DNA of 64,000 nt, from contig CAWGTX010000006.1 in NCBI GenBank assembly GCA_963825585.1, positions 963,905-1,027,904 of the forward strand. The letters run 5' to 3'. This DNA comes from an uncultured bacterium. GTDB lineage: Bacteria > Actinomycetota > Acidimicrobiia > Spongiisociales > ZC4RG35. Shown here in pieces: positions 29,135 to 38,558 of the stretch (the first letter of the stretch is position 1; each line of letters opens with the position of its first letter). The position numbers and the translations under genes were made by a program. Below the pieces are notes generated by a model. The model had not been told where the DNA came from. It saw nothing but the letters and a program-made list of their open reading frames with translations, and ran no database searches.

Positions 29135-29680
29135 TCAGCCGAGGAGATCTGAGGGGCGGAACCCGACCCGGAATGGTTCGGCGACCTCGAACACGTCGGT
29201 GCCCGACACCCGCCGGCGCTCCACCAGCGTCCCGCCTGCCAACCCGTACTCGATCACCGTCACCGGGTCGTCGGGATCGATCACCCAGTAATGGCCGAGA
29301 CCGGCGGCGCCATACTCGGCCGGCTTGTCCACCAGGTCCACTCCACGATGCCCCGGGGAGAGGATCTCGACCGCGAGGAGCGGAGCAACGCTCAGGTAGG
29401 CGCCCGATGTCTCCCGCGGGACGACCACGACATCCGGTCGCCGAACCTCGAGCTCCGGATGGTGGCCGAGATGCCAATCGATGTCTCCCCGAACCTTCAA
29501 CCGGTGGTCGGCGAGGGCATGGCGGAAGATCGCTACAAGCTCGAACAGCACGTCCTGATGCCGCATCGTCGGTGATGGGCTCACGACGAGCTCACCCCGG
29601 ACCACCTCGAAGCGGTCTTCGGTGCCCATCCCCAGCCATTCGGGGAGGGTGACCCGGGTAGGGAGCACTCGTTCTGACAT
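29135..29680 (-). CDS. Uma2-family (DUF820) endonuclease
   Basis: Start MSERVLPTRVTLPEW...RFEVVRGELVVSP...PDVVVV. Confidence 0.8.
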   Translation of the reverse strand: MSERVLPTRVTLPEWLGMGTEDRFEVVRGELVVSPSPTMRHQDVLFELVAIFRHALADHRLKVRGDIDWHLGHHPELEVRRPDVVVVPRETSGAYLSVAPLLAVEILSPGHRGVDLVDKPAEYGAAGLGHYWVIDPDDPVTVIEYGLAGGTLVERRRVSGTDVFEVAEPFRVGFRPSDLLG

Positions 29681-29804
29681 CGCATACACAGGGTACCTCT
29701 CGTTGTCCTGCAGGGGTCGACGCCACCACCTGCGGACAAGGTACGGACCCGGTGTGACATTTCCGCCGCTACGGACGATCCAGCGCAACCCACACGAGCG
29801 AGCG

Positions 29805-30485
29805 TCAGTCGAGACACTCCGTTGCTCCCGACACCTCCCATTCGCCGGTTTGGGGTCCTCCGCCGCTGACCACGCTCACGAGCTCGCCGCGGTCGATGAT
29901 CAGATAGTTCGTGAAAGAACCGGGCGACAGCACCAGTAGCTGACCATCGTCGAGGCCCTGGAAGGATGCAACCACATCCCAACTGTCGGGGCCGGAGGGA
30001 GCTTCTGGGGAGCCCTCGTAGTCCCCCGTTGGAGAGAACTCTCCGCATGCGGGCGCCGTCCAGTCGAACGGGTCGACCTCGAACCCCTGGCAAACGTCGA
30101 GTTCAGTCACCTTCCAGCCGTCAGAGCTGCGCTTCAGGTGCGCAACGACGACCGCGACCCCGTCGACCGAGACGCTGGCTTGAGCGGCGTCCATGTCCAA
30201 ACCTCCGGATCCTGGTGACCGCGTCTCCACCGCGCCGGCGAACTCGACCACCCAGGCGGCTACCGCACTGTGCCCCACCGATCGCCAGTTGTCCGGATCG
30301 CGCACACCACGGACGCGTGGCTCCGGCAGTGCCGTCATCGGCGAACCCTCCGGGCAATCGCTCGATCGCAGCACCCCGCTGGACCCCGACGGACTTGTCA
30401 CGCAGGCCGTCATCAGTGCCAACACGACCACGGTCGAGCCGAGCACGAGCCACGCCGAAGCCTTCGTTTGCGGAGCGCCATCCAT
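29805..30485 (-). CDS. Hypothetical lipoprotein
   Basis: Signal peptide plus lipobox LALMTAC. No recognisable domain. Confidence 0.55.
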   Translation of the reverse strand: MDGAPQTKASAWLVLGSTVVVLALMTACVTSPSGSSGVLRSSDCPEGSPMTALPEPRVRGVRDPDNWRSVGHSAVAAWVVEFAGAVETRSPGSGGLDMDAAQASVSVDGVAVVVAHLKRSSDGWKVTELDVCQGFEVDPFDWTAPACGEFSPTGDYEGSPEAPSGPDSWDVVASFQGLDDGQLLVLSPGSFTNYLIIDRGELVSVVSGGGPQTGEWEVSGATECLD

Positions 30486-30702
30486 GACGGACCTCTTTCA
30501 ACATTCGCTTCCGCATCTCGTCAACCAGACGATACAGAGCTGACCGCCGAGGAACCTACGCCTGCGCAGCCTGACATGGGCCGGGGCCGCCCGCACCAAC
30601 AGCCTTGCCGTGCCAATGCGAGCCTCGATGGTCTAGTGGACGCATTCATCATCGGTGAATGCGAGTCCTTCAGGCGACGAGCCGGCAGCCGACTGGGATC
30701 AC

Positions 30703-30900
30703 ATGGACGCAGCATCCGTTGCCCAAGTGAACGCCTTCGTCGAGGCCGCCATGGCGCCTGCCCAGACGGCACAAGCGGTGAACGTCGCTGTGATGGGCCA
30801 GGCGATCGACGCCGCCAAGATCCAGAGCTCGGCGATGCTGCAGATGATGCGCGACTCGCTCAACCCTGAGGTCGGCAGCACCATCGACATCACCGGCTGA
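30703..30900 (+). CDS. YjfB-like small 'putative motility' family protein
   Basis: AAMAPAQTAQAVNVAVMGQAIDAAKIQSSAMLQMMRDSL, a pattern shared with PF14070-type proteins. Confidence 0.4.
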   Translation: MDAASVAQVNAFVEAAMAPAQTAQAVNVAVMGQAIDAAKIQSSAMLQMMRDSLNPEVGSTIDITG

Positions 30901-32427
30901 TCAGCCGACTCCACCTTCCGCGGTTCTCCTGCCGATGAAGTCGTGGAGCTCTGCGGCAGTGGCGTCGTCGAGCGGTGGCGGTTCGAAGTCGGCCAGGACC
31001 TGCTTGTAGACCCGGTGGGCGCGCTGGTCGGCCGTGAGACCGCCCGCTAGCTGCCAGTTCTCGAAGTTCTGCCAGTCCGACACGATGGGCGCGTAGAAGG
31101 CGGTTTCGTAGCGCTCGAGGGTGTGTGCCGACCCGAAGAAATGGCCGCCCGGCCCGACGTCGCCGATGGCGTCGACCGCCAGTTCCGCGGTGTCGATCTT
31201 GAGCGGCTGCATGACCTCGGCCATCATCTGGAGGAGTTCCACATCGATGACGAACTTCTCGAAGCTGGCCACCAGCCCGCCTTCCATCCACCCTGCACCA
31301 TGCATGACCAGGTTGGCGTGGCCCATGACCGCTCCCCACAGCGACATCTCGGACTCGTAGGCGGCCTGGGCATCGACTGCGTTGGAGGCGTTGGCATTCG
31401 ACGAGCGGTACGGGATCCCGTACCGCCGCGCCAGCTGGCCACCTGCCAGGGCCGCCCTCGTGTACTCGGGGGTACCGAACGCCGGGGCGCCCGATCTCAT
31501 GTCGACATTGGATGTGAATCCGCCGTAGACCACCGGAGCGCCCGGGTTGACCATCTGGGTGAACGCCAGACCGGCCAGAGCTTCGGCATTCTGCTGGGCC
31601 AGGGCCCCGGCGATGGAGGCGGGCGCCATCGCTCCTGACAGCGTGAACGGTGTGATCACCACAACCTGGTTCATGCGGGCCATCTCGATGAGCCCTTCGA
31701 TCATGGGCCCGTCGAGACGCAGCGGCGACGACGTGTTGATGATGGTGAAGAGGGACGGCTCGGCCGATAGCTGCTCTCTGGTGATTCCGCGCCCGATCCT
31801 CACGATCTCGAGCGCGTCGATGATCCGCCCTCGTCCCAGCGAGTAGGCGTGGAACACCTTGTCGGTGAGCGTGATGAACGAACCGAGCCCCGCCAGATGC
31901 CTGGTGGCGGGTGGGAGGTCGATTGGTTCCACCGGATACCCGCCAAACAGGTGGACGATGTTGAACGCCTGTCCGAGCCGCAGGAAGTCCTGGAAGTGGG
32001 CGAAGGTGCCGGGTCGGCGGCCGCCATCGAGCGACGACGAGTTCGGGGCGCTCGCCACCGAACAGAAATTGACGTTCGTGCCTCCGACGGCGAGATTGTG
32101 AGCAGGGTTGCGGGCGTGCATCGTGAACCCGGCGGGAGCCTTGGAGACGAGGTCGAGGACCAACTCACGATCGAATCGGACCCGCTCGGTTCCCGCCTCG
32201 ACGTCGGCGCCGTTGGCGGCGAGGATCTCCAGCGCCTCCGGATGGAGGAAGTCCATGCCGATCCGCTCCAGAATCTGGAGCGAGGCGTCGTGGATGGCCT
32301 CGATCTGGTCGTCCGCGAGAACGTCCATCGGCCGGAAGGGATTGGTCAGATTCCGCCACGGCAGCTGATGGAGACCGGCGCCCCGGCTGGCCCGTCGACC
32401 GGCCCGGGTGGAGCTTTCACGTGGCAT
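30901..32427 (-). CDS. Trimethylamine methyltransferase (MttB) family, non-pyrrolysine type (quaternary-amine:corrinoid methyltransferase-like)
   Basis: Full-length MttB fold with no in-frame amber. No corrinoid protein or MtxA partner in the window. Confidence 0.9.
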   Translation of the reverse strand: MPRESSTRAGRRASRGAGLHQLPWRNLTNPFRPMDVLADDQIEAIHDASLQILERIGMDFLHPEALEILAANGADVEAGTERVRFDRELVLDLVSKAPAGFTMHARNPAHNLAVGGTNVNFCSVASAPNSSSLDGGRRPGTFAHFQDFLRLGQAFNIVHLFGGYPVEPIDLPPATRHLAGLGSFITLTDKVFHAYSLGRGRIIDALEIVRIGRGITREQLSAEPSLFTIINTSSPLRLDGPMIEGLIEMARMNQVVVITPFTLSGAMAPASIAGALAQQNAEALAGLAFTQMVNPGAPVVYGGFTSNVDMRSGAPAFGTPEYTRAALAGGQLARRYGIPYRSSNANASNAVDAQAAYESEMSLWGAVMGHANLVMHGAGWMEGGLVASFEKFVIDVELLQMMAEVMQPLKIDTAELAVDAIGDVGPGGHFFGSAHTLERYETAFYAPIVSDWQNFENWQLAGGLTADQRAHRVYKQVLADFEPPPLDDATAAELHDFIGRRTAEGGVG

Positions 32428-32528
32428 GACGGCAGGTTACCCCGCCTTCCCGTCATGTGGAACGGTTCCACGAAGTGGACCAGGAGCGGCGTGTGGTCAG
32501 GGCGATGTCGACGCCGCTGGATGAAGGG

Positions 32529-32559
32529 GTCGACAAGTCAACAGGTCAACAGGTCAACC
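32529..32559. repeat. Array of four 8-bp-period GTYRACAR units (locus A of a dispersed family)
   Basis: gtcgacaa gtcaacag gtcaacag gtcaacc, in the divergent intergenic region. Confidence 0.9.
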
Positions 32560-32630
32560 AGGCGGTCCTTGCCCCCCAGGTCGATGTGCAAACACCGGAA
32601 CCGTTCAGCGGCGGATAGCGTCTCATCGCC

Positions 32631-33044
32631 ATGCACACTTCGTCTCGGGCACGCCTGGCAATCGCCGTCTTGGCCATCGGGCTCGCAGCGTGTCAAGGTG
32701 CCTCCAACGGTGACATCGCGATCTGGAACATCGAGTCGGCCGAGTCGATCACGCCCGAAGCGACGTCGTTCACCGCCCTCGTCGAGCGACTGGGGTGCGC
32801 CAACGGCGAGACGGGTCGCGTGCTCGATCCCGTCATCAACGCCGGTGAGGACGAGATCGTCATCACGTTCTCCGTCGAAGCACTCCCCGCCGGCGACTAC
32901 AACTGTCCGGGTAACGACCGTGTTTCCTATCTCATCGAGCTGGAAGAGCCGGTCGGCCAACGCAGAATCGTCGACGGTGCTTGCCGGCACGGCGACGCCG
33001 CGGAAACCTCACACTGCACCACCGAGGTCCGCTGGGAACGGTGA
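32631..33044 (+). CDS. Hypothetical lipoprotein
   Basis: Signal peptide with lipobox LAAC. Confidence 0.5.
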   Translation: MHTSSRARLAIAVLAIGLAACQGASNGDIAIWNIESAESITPEATSFTALVERLGCANGETGRVLDPVINAGEDEIVITFSVEALPAGDYNCPGNDRVSYLIELEEPVGQRRIVDGACRHGDAAETSHCTTEVRWER

Positions 33045-33047
33045 CGA

Positions 33048-33830
33048 TCAGCGACCCGTCCACACCGGCGGTCGCTTCTCGGTGAACGACCGAGGCCCTT
33101 CCTGGGCGTCATCCGACGTCAGCATCCGTTCGTAGAGTTCCATCTCACCCGTGCGCATGGCGGCGTAGCCGTCGACGATCGACATACCGTCGGTCGCCTC
33201 GATCAGCTCGAGGATGGCCCCGACCGCCAGTGGGGCTGACGCCACCACCTCCTCGGCGAGCTCACGGGCTGCGTCCATCAGTTCGGCGGCGGGGACCACC
33301 CGGTTGACGATCCCGTACCGCATCGCCTCCTCCGCCGACAGCCGCCGTCCAGCGAAGAGGACCTCGTTGGCGAGTTGCCGCGGCAGGATCTTCGGGAGCC
33401 GGATGGTGCCGGCGTCGGGGATGATGCCGATACGGGTCTCGGGGAGGAAGAACTGGGCGTGATCGGCGGCGACCACGAGGTGTGCCGCCATCGTCATCTC
33501 GAATCCGCCGCCGACGGCCATGCCATTCACGGCGAGGATCACGGGTTTGGTGAGACCGGGTAGCTCGGGGAACCCTCCGAACCCGCCGGCGCCGTAGTCG
33601 GACTCGAACTCCTCGCCCCCGGCGGCGGCGTTGAGGTCCCAACCGGCGGTGAAGAAGCGATCCCCCGCCCCGGTCAGGATCGCCACCCGGTAGGCCGGGT
33701 CGTCGCGGAACTCCTCGAACAGCGCCGACATGCGCCGTGAGGTGACGGCGTCGATGGCGTTGGCCTTGCCACGGGCGATGGTGATGACCATCACCGGTGC
33801 GTTGCGTTCGACGATCAGATCCTCGTCCAT
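33048..33830 (-). CDS. Enoyl-CoA hydratase/isomerase (crotonase), CaiD-like
   Basis: Start MDEDLIVERNAPVMVITIARGKANAID; crotonase body. GGAGG SD. The track ORF over-extends. Confidence 0.9.
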   Translation of the reverse strand: MDEDLIVERNAPVMVITIARGKANAIDAVTSRRMSALFEEFRDDPAYRVAILTGAGDRFFTAGWDLNAAAGGEEFESDYGAGGFGGFPELPGLTKPVILAVNGMAVGGGFEMTMAAHLVVAADHAQFFLPETRIGIIPDAGTIRLPKILPRQLANEVLFAGRRLSAEEAMRYGIVNRVVPAAELMDAARELAEEVVASAPLAVGAILELIEATDGMSIVDGYAAMRTGEMELYERMLTSDDAQEGPRSFTEKRPPVWTGR

Positions 33831-33843
33831 CGGAGCCTCCTGT

Positions 33844-35856
33844 TCACTGTTCCGACACGCCGAGGGCGTCGACCGCCACGGCGCCGTGCTGCATGACGAG
33901 CAGCGGGTTGACCTCGAACTCGACGAATCCCTCCCCGACCACCAACGAGGCGATGCGGACGATGGCGTCGACCGCCGCCTCGACGTCGCCACCCGGTCGG
34001 GAGCGATGCCCAGCAAGGAGCGGCCACACCCGCAGCTCCTGCAGTGCGGCCTGCACGTCGTCGTGGCCGACGGGGGCGAGCAGCGTGACTGCGTCGGCGA
34101 GCAGCTCCACCAGGACCCCGCCAGAACCGACGGTGACCGTCCATCCCACTGGCGGCTCCCGCCTGACGCCCACGACCAACTCGGCGACGGCGCCGGCGAC
34201 GAACGACTCCACCATGAACTCCGAACCGAGGGCCGCCATCGACTCTGCCGCCCGGGCGAGGTCGTCGGGACCGCCGATGCCCACGACAACGCCCCCGGCC
34301 TCGGTCTTGTGCTCCAAACCGATCGCCTTCAGCACCACCGGGTATCCGATCGCCTGGGCGGCGGCGGCGAGCCCGGAGCGCGAGACGATACGGGCCCGCG
34401 GCACGACCACACCGGCCTCCGCCAGGAACGCCTTCGCCTGGTGCTCGCCGAGCGTTGCCGGCCGACCGACCTCCTCAGGGCACGGCGCGGGCACGCTCGG
34501 TGCGGCGGGGGCAGGCCGTGCCGCCGCCTCCAACGAGTGGAGGGCGTCGTCGATACCGGGGATGGCGGGGATCGACCTGTCGGCGAGCCAGGTGGCCACA
34601 CGGGCGGGGAGGTTCTCGGGCAGCGTCGCCGTGACCACGGCCGGGGTGCCACTTCTGATGCGGGCGGCCACGAACGCCTCGAGGGTCGGCCACCACCAGG
34701 TGTCGTCTGCGCCCGGGACCGGGAAGTCGATGACCAGGATCCCGGCATCCACACCGCCCGACAACGTCTCGGTGAAGCACGCCGTCATCTTGGCGAGGTC
34801 GCCCCAGATGAACGTGTGGTAGTCGAGCGGGTTGGTGATCGGCACCCGGTTGTCGAGCGTGTCGGCGATGCGAGATGCAGCGGCGGCATCGAACGCCGGG
34901 AAGGCAACGTCGAGGCCGGCAGCGCGGTCGGCGATCAGCCCCGCCTCGCCGCCCGAGCACGACAGCGACGTGAGCCGGTTGCCTCCGAGGCGCCCGTGGG
35001 TGCCGAGCACCGCCAGCGCCCCCAGCAGCACCGGCAGCGAATCCACCTGCACCACCCCCACCCGATCGAACAGCGCCTGGTAGGCGGCCGCCGATCCGGC
35101 GAGCGAGGCGGTGTGGGTACGGGCGATGGCGGCGCCGGCGTCGGTGAGCCCGGTCTTCAGCGCCACGATCGGCTTGCCCAGCCCATGCGCCCGAACCGCC
35201 GCCTCGGCGAACCGGCCCGGGTCCGACAGTGCCTCGAGGTGGAGACCGATGGCGGTGATGCGCTCGTCGGCCACCAGCGCCTCCACGCAGTCCTCGATGC
35301 CGATCCCGGCCTGGTTGCCGAGGGTGATCACCTGGGCCAGGGGAAGGCCGCGCTGCTGCATGGTGATGTTGATGGCGAGGTTGCCGGACTGGGTCACGAT
35401 CGCCACCCCCCGCTCGATGCGACGACAACCCTGGACGTCGGGCCACAGCACCGCACCGGACAGGGCGTTGACGTAACCGTGGCAGTTGGGGCCGATCATC
35501 GGCATGTCGCCGGCGGCCTCCACCAGGCGGACCTGCAGATCCACACCCTCGGCGCCCGACTCGGCGTAGCCGGAGGCGTAACACACCACCCCGCCGCAGC
35601 CGAGCTCACGCAGCGCAGCGACCACCTCGATCGAGCGGACCCGGTCGACCGCCACGAAGGCGGCATCGGGTGCTGTCGGCAGGTCGGCCACGGCGGGGAA
35701 CGTGGCCACGCCCGCCAGGTCGGGGCGGGTCGGATTGACGGCGAATACCGTACCTTCGTACCTGAGCAGCCGCGACTGCTCGATGGCGAAGGCGGCCCGC
35801 TCGCCGCCGATGAAGGCGATCGAGGCCGGGTCGAGCAGGCGGGTGAGGTCAGCCAC
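33844..35856 (-). CDS. NDP-forming acyl-CoA synthetase (CoA-binding + succinyl-CoA-synthetase-like + ATP-grasp, fused alpha/beta)
   Basis: N-terminal LLDPASIAFIGG CoA-binding motif; ATP-grasp C-terminus. GTG start overlaps the ACAD stop by 8 nt. Confidence 0.85.
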   Translation of the reverse strand: MADLTRLLDPASIAFIGGERAAFAIEQSRLLRYEGTVFAVNPTRPDLAGVATFPAVADLPTAPDAAFVAVDRVRSIEVVAALRELGCGGVVCYASGYAESGAEGVDLQVRLVEAAGDMPMIGPNCHGYVNALSGAVLWPDVQGCRRIERGVAIVTQSGNLAINITMQQRGLPLAQVITLGNQAGIGIEDCVEALVADERITAIGLHLEALSDPGRFAEAAVRAHGLGKPIVALKTGLTDAGAAIARTHTASLAGSAAAYQALFDRVGVVQVDSLPVLLGALAVLGTHGRLGGNRLTSLSCSGGEAGLIADRAAGLDVAFPAFDAAAASRIADTLDNRVPITNPLDYHTFIWGDLAKMTACFTETLSGGVDAGILVIDFPVPGADDTWWWPTLEAFVAARIRSGTPAVVTATLPENLPARVATWLADRSIPAIPGIDDALHSLEAAARPAPAAPSVPAPCPEEVGRPATLGEHQAKAFLAEAGVVVPRARIVSRSGLAAAAQAIGYPVVLKAIGLEHKTEAGGVVVGIGGPDDLARAAESMAALGSEFMVESFVAGAVAELVVGVRREPPVGWTVTVGSGGVLVELLADAVTLLAPVGHDDVQAALQELRVWPLLAGHRSRPGGDVEAAVDAIVRIASLVVGEGFVEFEVNPLLVMQHGAVAVDALGVSEQ

Positions 35857-37009
35857 CGTGTTCGCGCAGCATCGCCCGGCTGATGATGTGGCGTTGGATC
35901 TCCGAGGTGCCGTCCCAGATCCGCTCGACCCTGGAATCACGCCAGAACCGTTCGAGCGGGAGCTCGTCCATCAAACCCATGCCACCAAGGATCTGGATGG
36001 CCTCGTCGGTGACGAAGGCGAGCATCTCGGTGGACACCAGCTTGGCCATGGCGGCGTCACTGTCGGTCATGGTCCCCTGGTCGGCCTTCCACGCCGCCCG
36101 GTAGGTGAGCAACTCGGCGGCTGCGAGCTGGGCGGCCATGTCGGCGAGCTTGAACGAGACGCCCTGGAACTTGCCGATCTGCTGGCCGAATTGGCGGCGG
36201 TTGGCGGCCCACTCTGTGGCGATGGAGATGGCCCGGTCGGCCCGGCCGAGCGAGGTGGCCGCCACCTGCAGGCGGGTGGCGCCGAGCCAGGTGTTGGCGA
36301 CGTCGAAGCCGCGGTGCTCCTCGCCGAGGATCTGGCTCACCGGGACCCGGCATCCGTCGAAGGTGAGGATCGAGTTGTGATAGCCGCGGTGGCTCACCGA
36401 GTTGTACCCCTTCTGCACCTCGAAGCCGGGGGTTCCAATGTCGACGAGGAAACTGGTGATCAGCTTGCGCGGGCCCCGCGGGGTGTCCTCCTCCCCACTG
36501 GCGGCGAACAGGATCACGTAGTCGGCCAGATCGGCGTGGCTGATGAAGTGTTTGGTCCCGGTGATCACGTACTCATCGCCGTCCCGCACCGCCCGGCACT
36601 TCATCCCGCGCACGTCGGACCCGGCATCGGGCTCGGACATCGCCAGGCATTCGACCCGCTCGCCGCGGATGGTCGGCAGCAGGTAGCTGTCGATCTGGTC
36701 GCCGACGCAGGCCCGCAGGATGTTCGATGGCCGGGCCACCACGTACTGCAGCCCGTACGACGTCTTGCCGAACTCCCGCTCGATGAGGGCGATCGTCAGG
36801 TTGTCGAGCCCTCCCCCACCCAGCTCCTCGGGCATGTTGGCGGCGTAGATCCCCGCCTCGAGCGATTTCCGCTTGATCTGCTCGACCAGCTCGGGCCGGA
36901 CGTCCCCGGTCTTCTCGACCTCGTCCTCGTACGGCATCAGTTCCTTCTCCACGAAGGCCCTGACCACGTCCACGATCATCTTCTGTTCGTCAGTGATCGA
37001 GAAGTTCAT
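35849..37009 (-). CDS. Acyl-CoA dehydrogenase
   Basis: ACAD N/M/C domain signatures. Start MNFSITDEQKM with GAGG SD. Confidence 0.9.
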   Translation of the reverse strand: MNFSITDEQKMIVDVVRAFVEKELMPYEDEVEKTGDVRPELVEQIKRKSLEAGIYAANMPEELGGGGLDNLTIALIEREFGKTSYGLQYVVARPSNILRACVGDQIDSYLLPTIRGERVECLAMSEPDAGSDVRGMKCRAVRDGDEYVITGTKHFISHADLADYVILFAASGEEDTPRGPRKLITSFLVDIGTPGFEVQKGYNSVSHRGYHNSILTFDGCRVPVSQILGEEHRGFDVANTWLGATRLQVAATSLGRADRAISIATEWAANRRQFGQQIGKFQGVSFKLADMAAQLAAAELLTYRAAWKADQGTMTDSDAAMAKLVSTEMLAFVTDEAIQILGGMGLMDELPLERFWRDSRVERIWDGTSEIQRHIISRAMLREHGG

Positions 37010-37016
37010 TCCGTAC

Positions 37017-37075
37017 CTCTTGTCCCCCACGAAGTGGGGGAAGGGGCCCCCACGAAGTGGGGTAGGGGGGTGGAG
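37017..37075. repeat. Solo copy of the GC-rich hairpin element seen at 6112..6336
   Basis: tgtcccccacgaagtgggggaaggggcccccacgaagtggggtaggggggtgg; two cccccac-gaa-gtggggg hairpins. Confidence 0.8.
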
Positions 37076-37091
37076 AACCCGTCCGAAAGCG

Positions 37092-38558
37092 TCATACGCG
37101 AGAAACCTCCATCACGGCCTTCGCCGGCCGCTCCATCTGGGAATGGACCTTCCAGATCTCGTCGAGGACCGCCTTCGGTCCGTCCAGCGTGTTCGCCGAC
37201 CGTCCCGCCTCCATGTCGACGTGCACCAGCACCTGCTCGTTGGTGCAGAGCAGATCGCCGGTGTCGCCGTGGTACATGGCGTGGAAGATGTGGAGCCGCT
37301 TGTGGTCGTGGCCGAGCAGCTGGGTGGTGAACCGCAGCGGCTCACCGGTCGAGCACTCCTTGGTGTAGACGAGATGGCTCTCGACGGTGTAGAACGAGTG
37401 CTTGGCGGCCCGGTAGTCCTCGTCGATACCGATGTACCGGAAGAAGGCGTCCGACGCCCATCCGAACGCCAGCAGGTACGCCGACTCGGTCATGTGGTCG
37501 TTGTAGTCCACCCAGTCGGGCGCCACCCGGCACTGGTAGAGGGGCAGCGGCGTGTCGATCGCCATCCCCGGCGTCCAGCGGGTGGGTGCGGCCCGGTCGA
37601 CGGTGCGGCCTTCGCGCCGGGCGATGATCGCCCCCGCCCCGAGCTTGGACTCACGAAGCGAGTACATCACCGAGATCAGGGAGTCGTCACGCAGCCGCTC
37701 CAGCTCGGCGATCGAGCGTCCCGCCGCCTGTGCCTGGGTGCCCTCGACCATTCGGTCGATGAGGGTGTCGGTGAGCGGGGGCGCCACCAGCTTGGTCCAC
37801 GGCCACTCGAGGGCCGGTCCGAACTGTTCGAGCATGTGCCGCATCCCCGCCTCGCCGCCGGCCAGGTGGTAGATCAGGTTGGTCCCCATCGCCGCCCAGC
37901 GGATGCCGGGGCCGTACACGATCGAGTCGTCGAGCTCACCGGTGGTGGCGACGTTCTCGGAGATCATGTGGAGGATCTCCCGCCACAAGGCCTCCTGCAG
38001 CCGGTCGGCCAGGAAGCCGTCCACCTCGGTGCGGACGTGGAGGGCGTACATGTCGAGGTCGTCGTACACGATGAGCGCCCGCTCGACGACGTCCGGCGAT
38101 GTCTTCGCACCGCCGAGCACTTCCACCAGCGGCAGTAGATAGACGGGGTTGAACGGGTGTCCCACCACCATCCGCTCCGGATGGCGCATCCCGTCCTGCA
38201 GCTCGCTGGGCAACAGCCCTGAGGTGGACGATCCGATGATCACCTCGGGCCCGGCGGTGGCGTCGATGGCCCGCAGCACCCGTTGTTTCAACCCGACGTT
38301 CTCGGGCGCCGACTCCTGCACGAAGTCGGCCTGCTCACCCACCTCCTCGGGCGAAGCGACGAACGTGACCCGGCCGGGATCGGCACCCGGATACAGCCCG
38401 ATCTTGCGAACCGACGGCCAGGCACGCTCGATCGAGGCGTGGAGCCGGTCCTCCGCTCCGGGGGCCGGGTCGCTGGCGACCACGTCCCAGCCTCGCGAGA
38501 GGGCGCGGACCGCCCAGCCGGCGCCGATCACGCCGGTCCCCACCACGCCGAATCGCAT
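37092..38558 (-). CDS. lcdH: L-carnitine dehydrogenase-like (3-hydroxyacyl-CoA-dehydrogenase NAD domain fused to C-terminal hotdog thioesterase-like domain)
   Basis: MRFGVVGTGVIGAGWA Rossmann start; 3HCDH body; C-terminal about 150-aa 4HBT-like region. Confidence 0.7.
   Translation of the reverse strand: MRFGVVGTGVIGAGWAVRALSRGWDVVASDPAPGAEDRLHASIERAWPSVRKIGLYPGADPGRVTFVASPEEVGEQADFVQESAPENVGLKQRVLRAIDATAGPEVIIGSSTSGLLPSELQDGMRHPERMVVGHPFNPVYLLPLVEVLGGAKTSPDVVERALIVYDDLDMYALHVRTEVDGFLADRLQEALWREILHMISENVATTGELDDSIVYGPGIRWAAMGTNLIYHLAGGEAGMRHMLEQFGPALEWPWTKLVAPPLTDTLIDRMVEGTQAQAAGRSIAELERLRDDSLISVMYSLRESKLGAGAIIARREGRTVDRAAPTRWTPGMAIDTPLPLYQCRVAPDWVDYNDHMTESAYLLAFGWASDAFFRYIGIDEDYRAAKHSFYTVESHLVYTKECSTGEPLRFTTQLLGHDHKRLHIFHAMYHGDTGDLLCTNEQVLVHVDMEAGRSANTLDGPKAVLDEIWKVHSQMERPAKAVMEVSRV

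Noticed and set aside
29135-29680. Uma2 endonuclease as part of a restriction-modification or defence island
   Set aside because: No methyltransferase, helicase or other defence genes nearby. Uma2/DUF820 genes are common stand-alone genes.
33730-35883. 717-aa plus-strand ORF
   Set aside because: Antisense to the NDP-forming acyl-CoA synthetase and CaiD-like genes.
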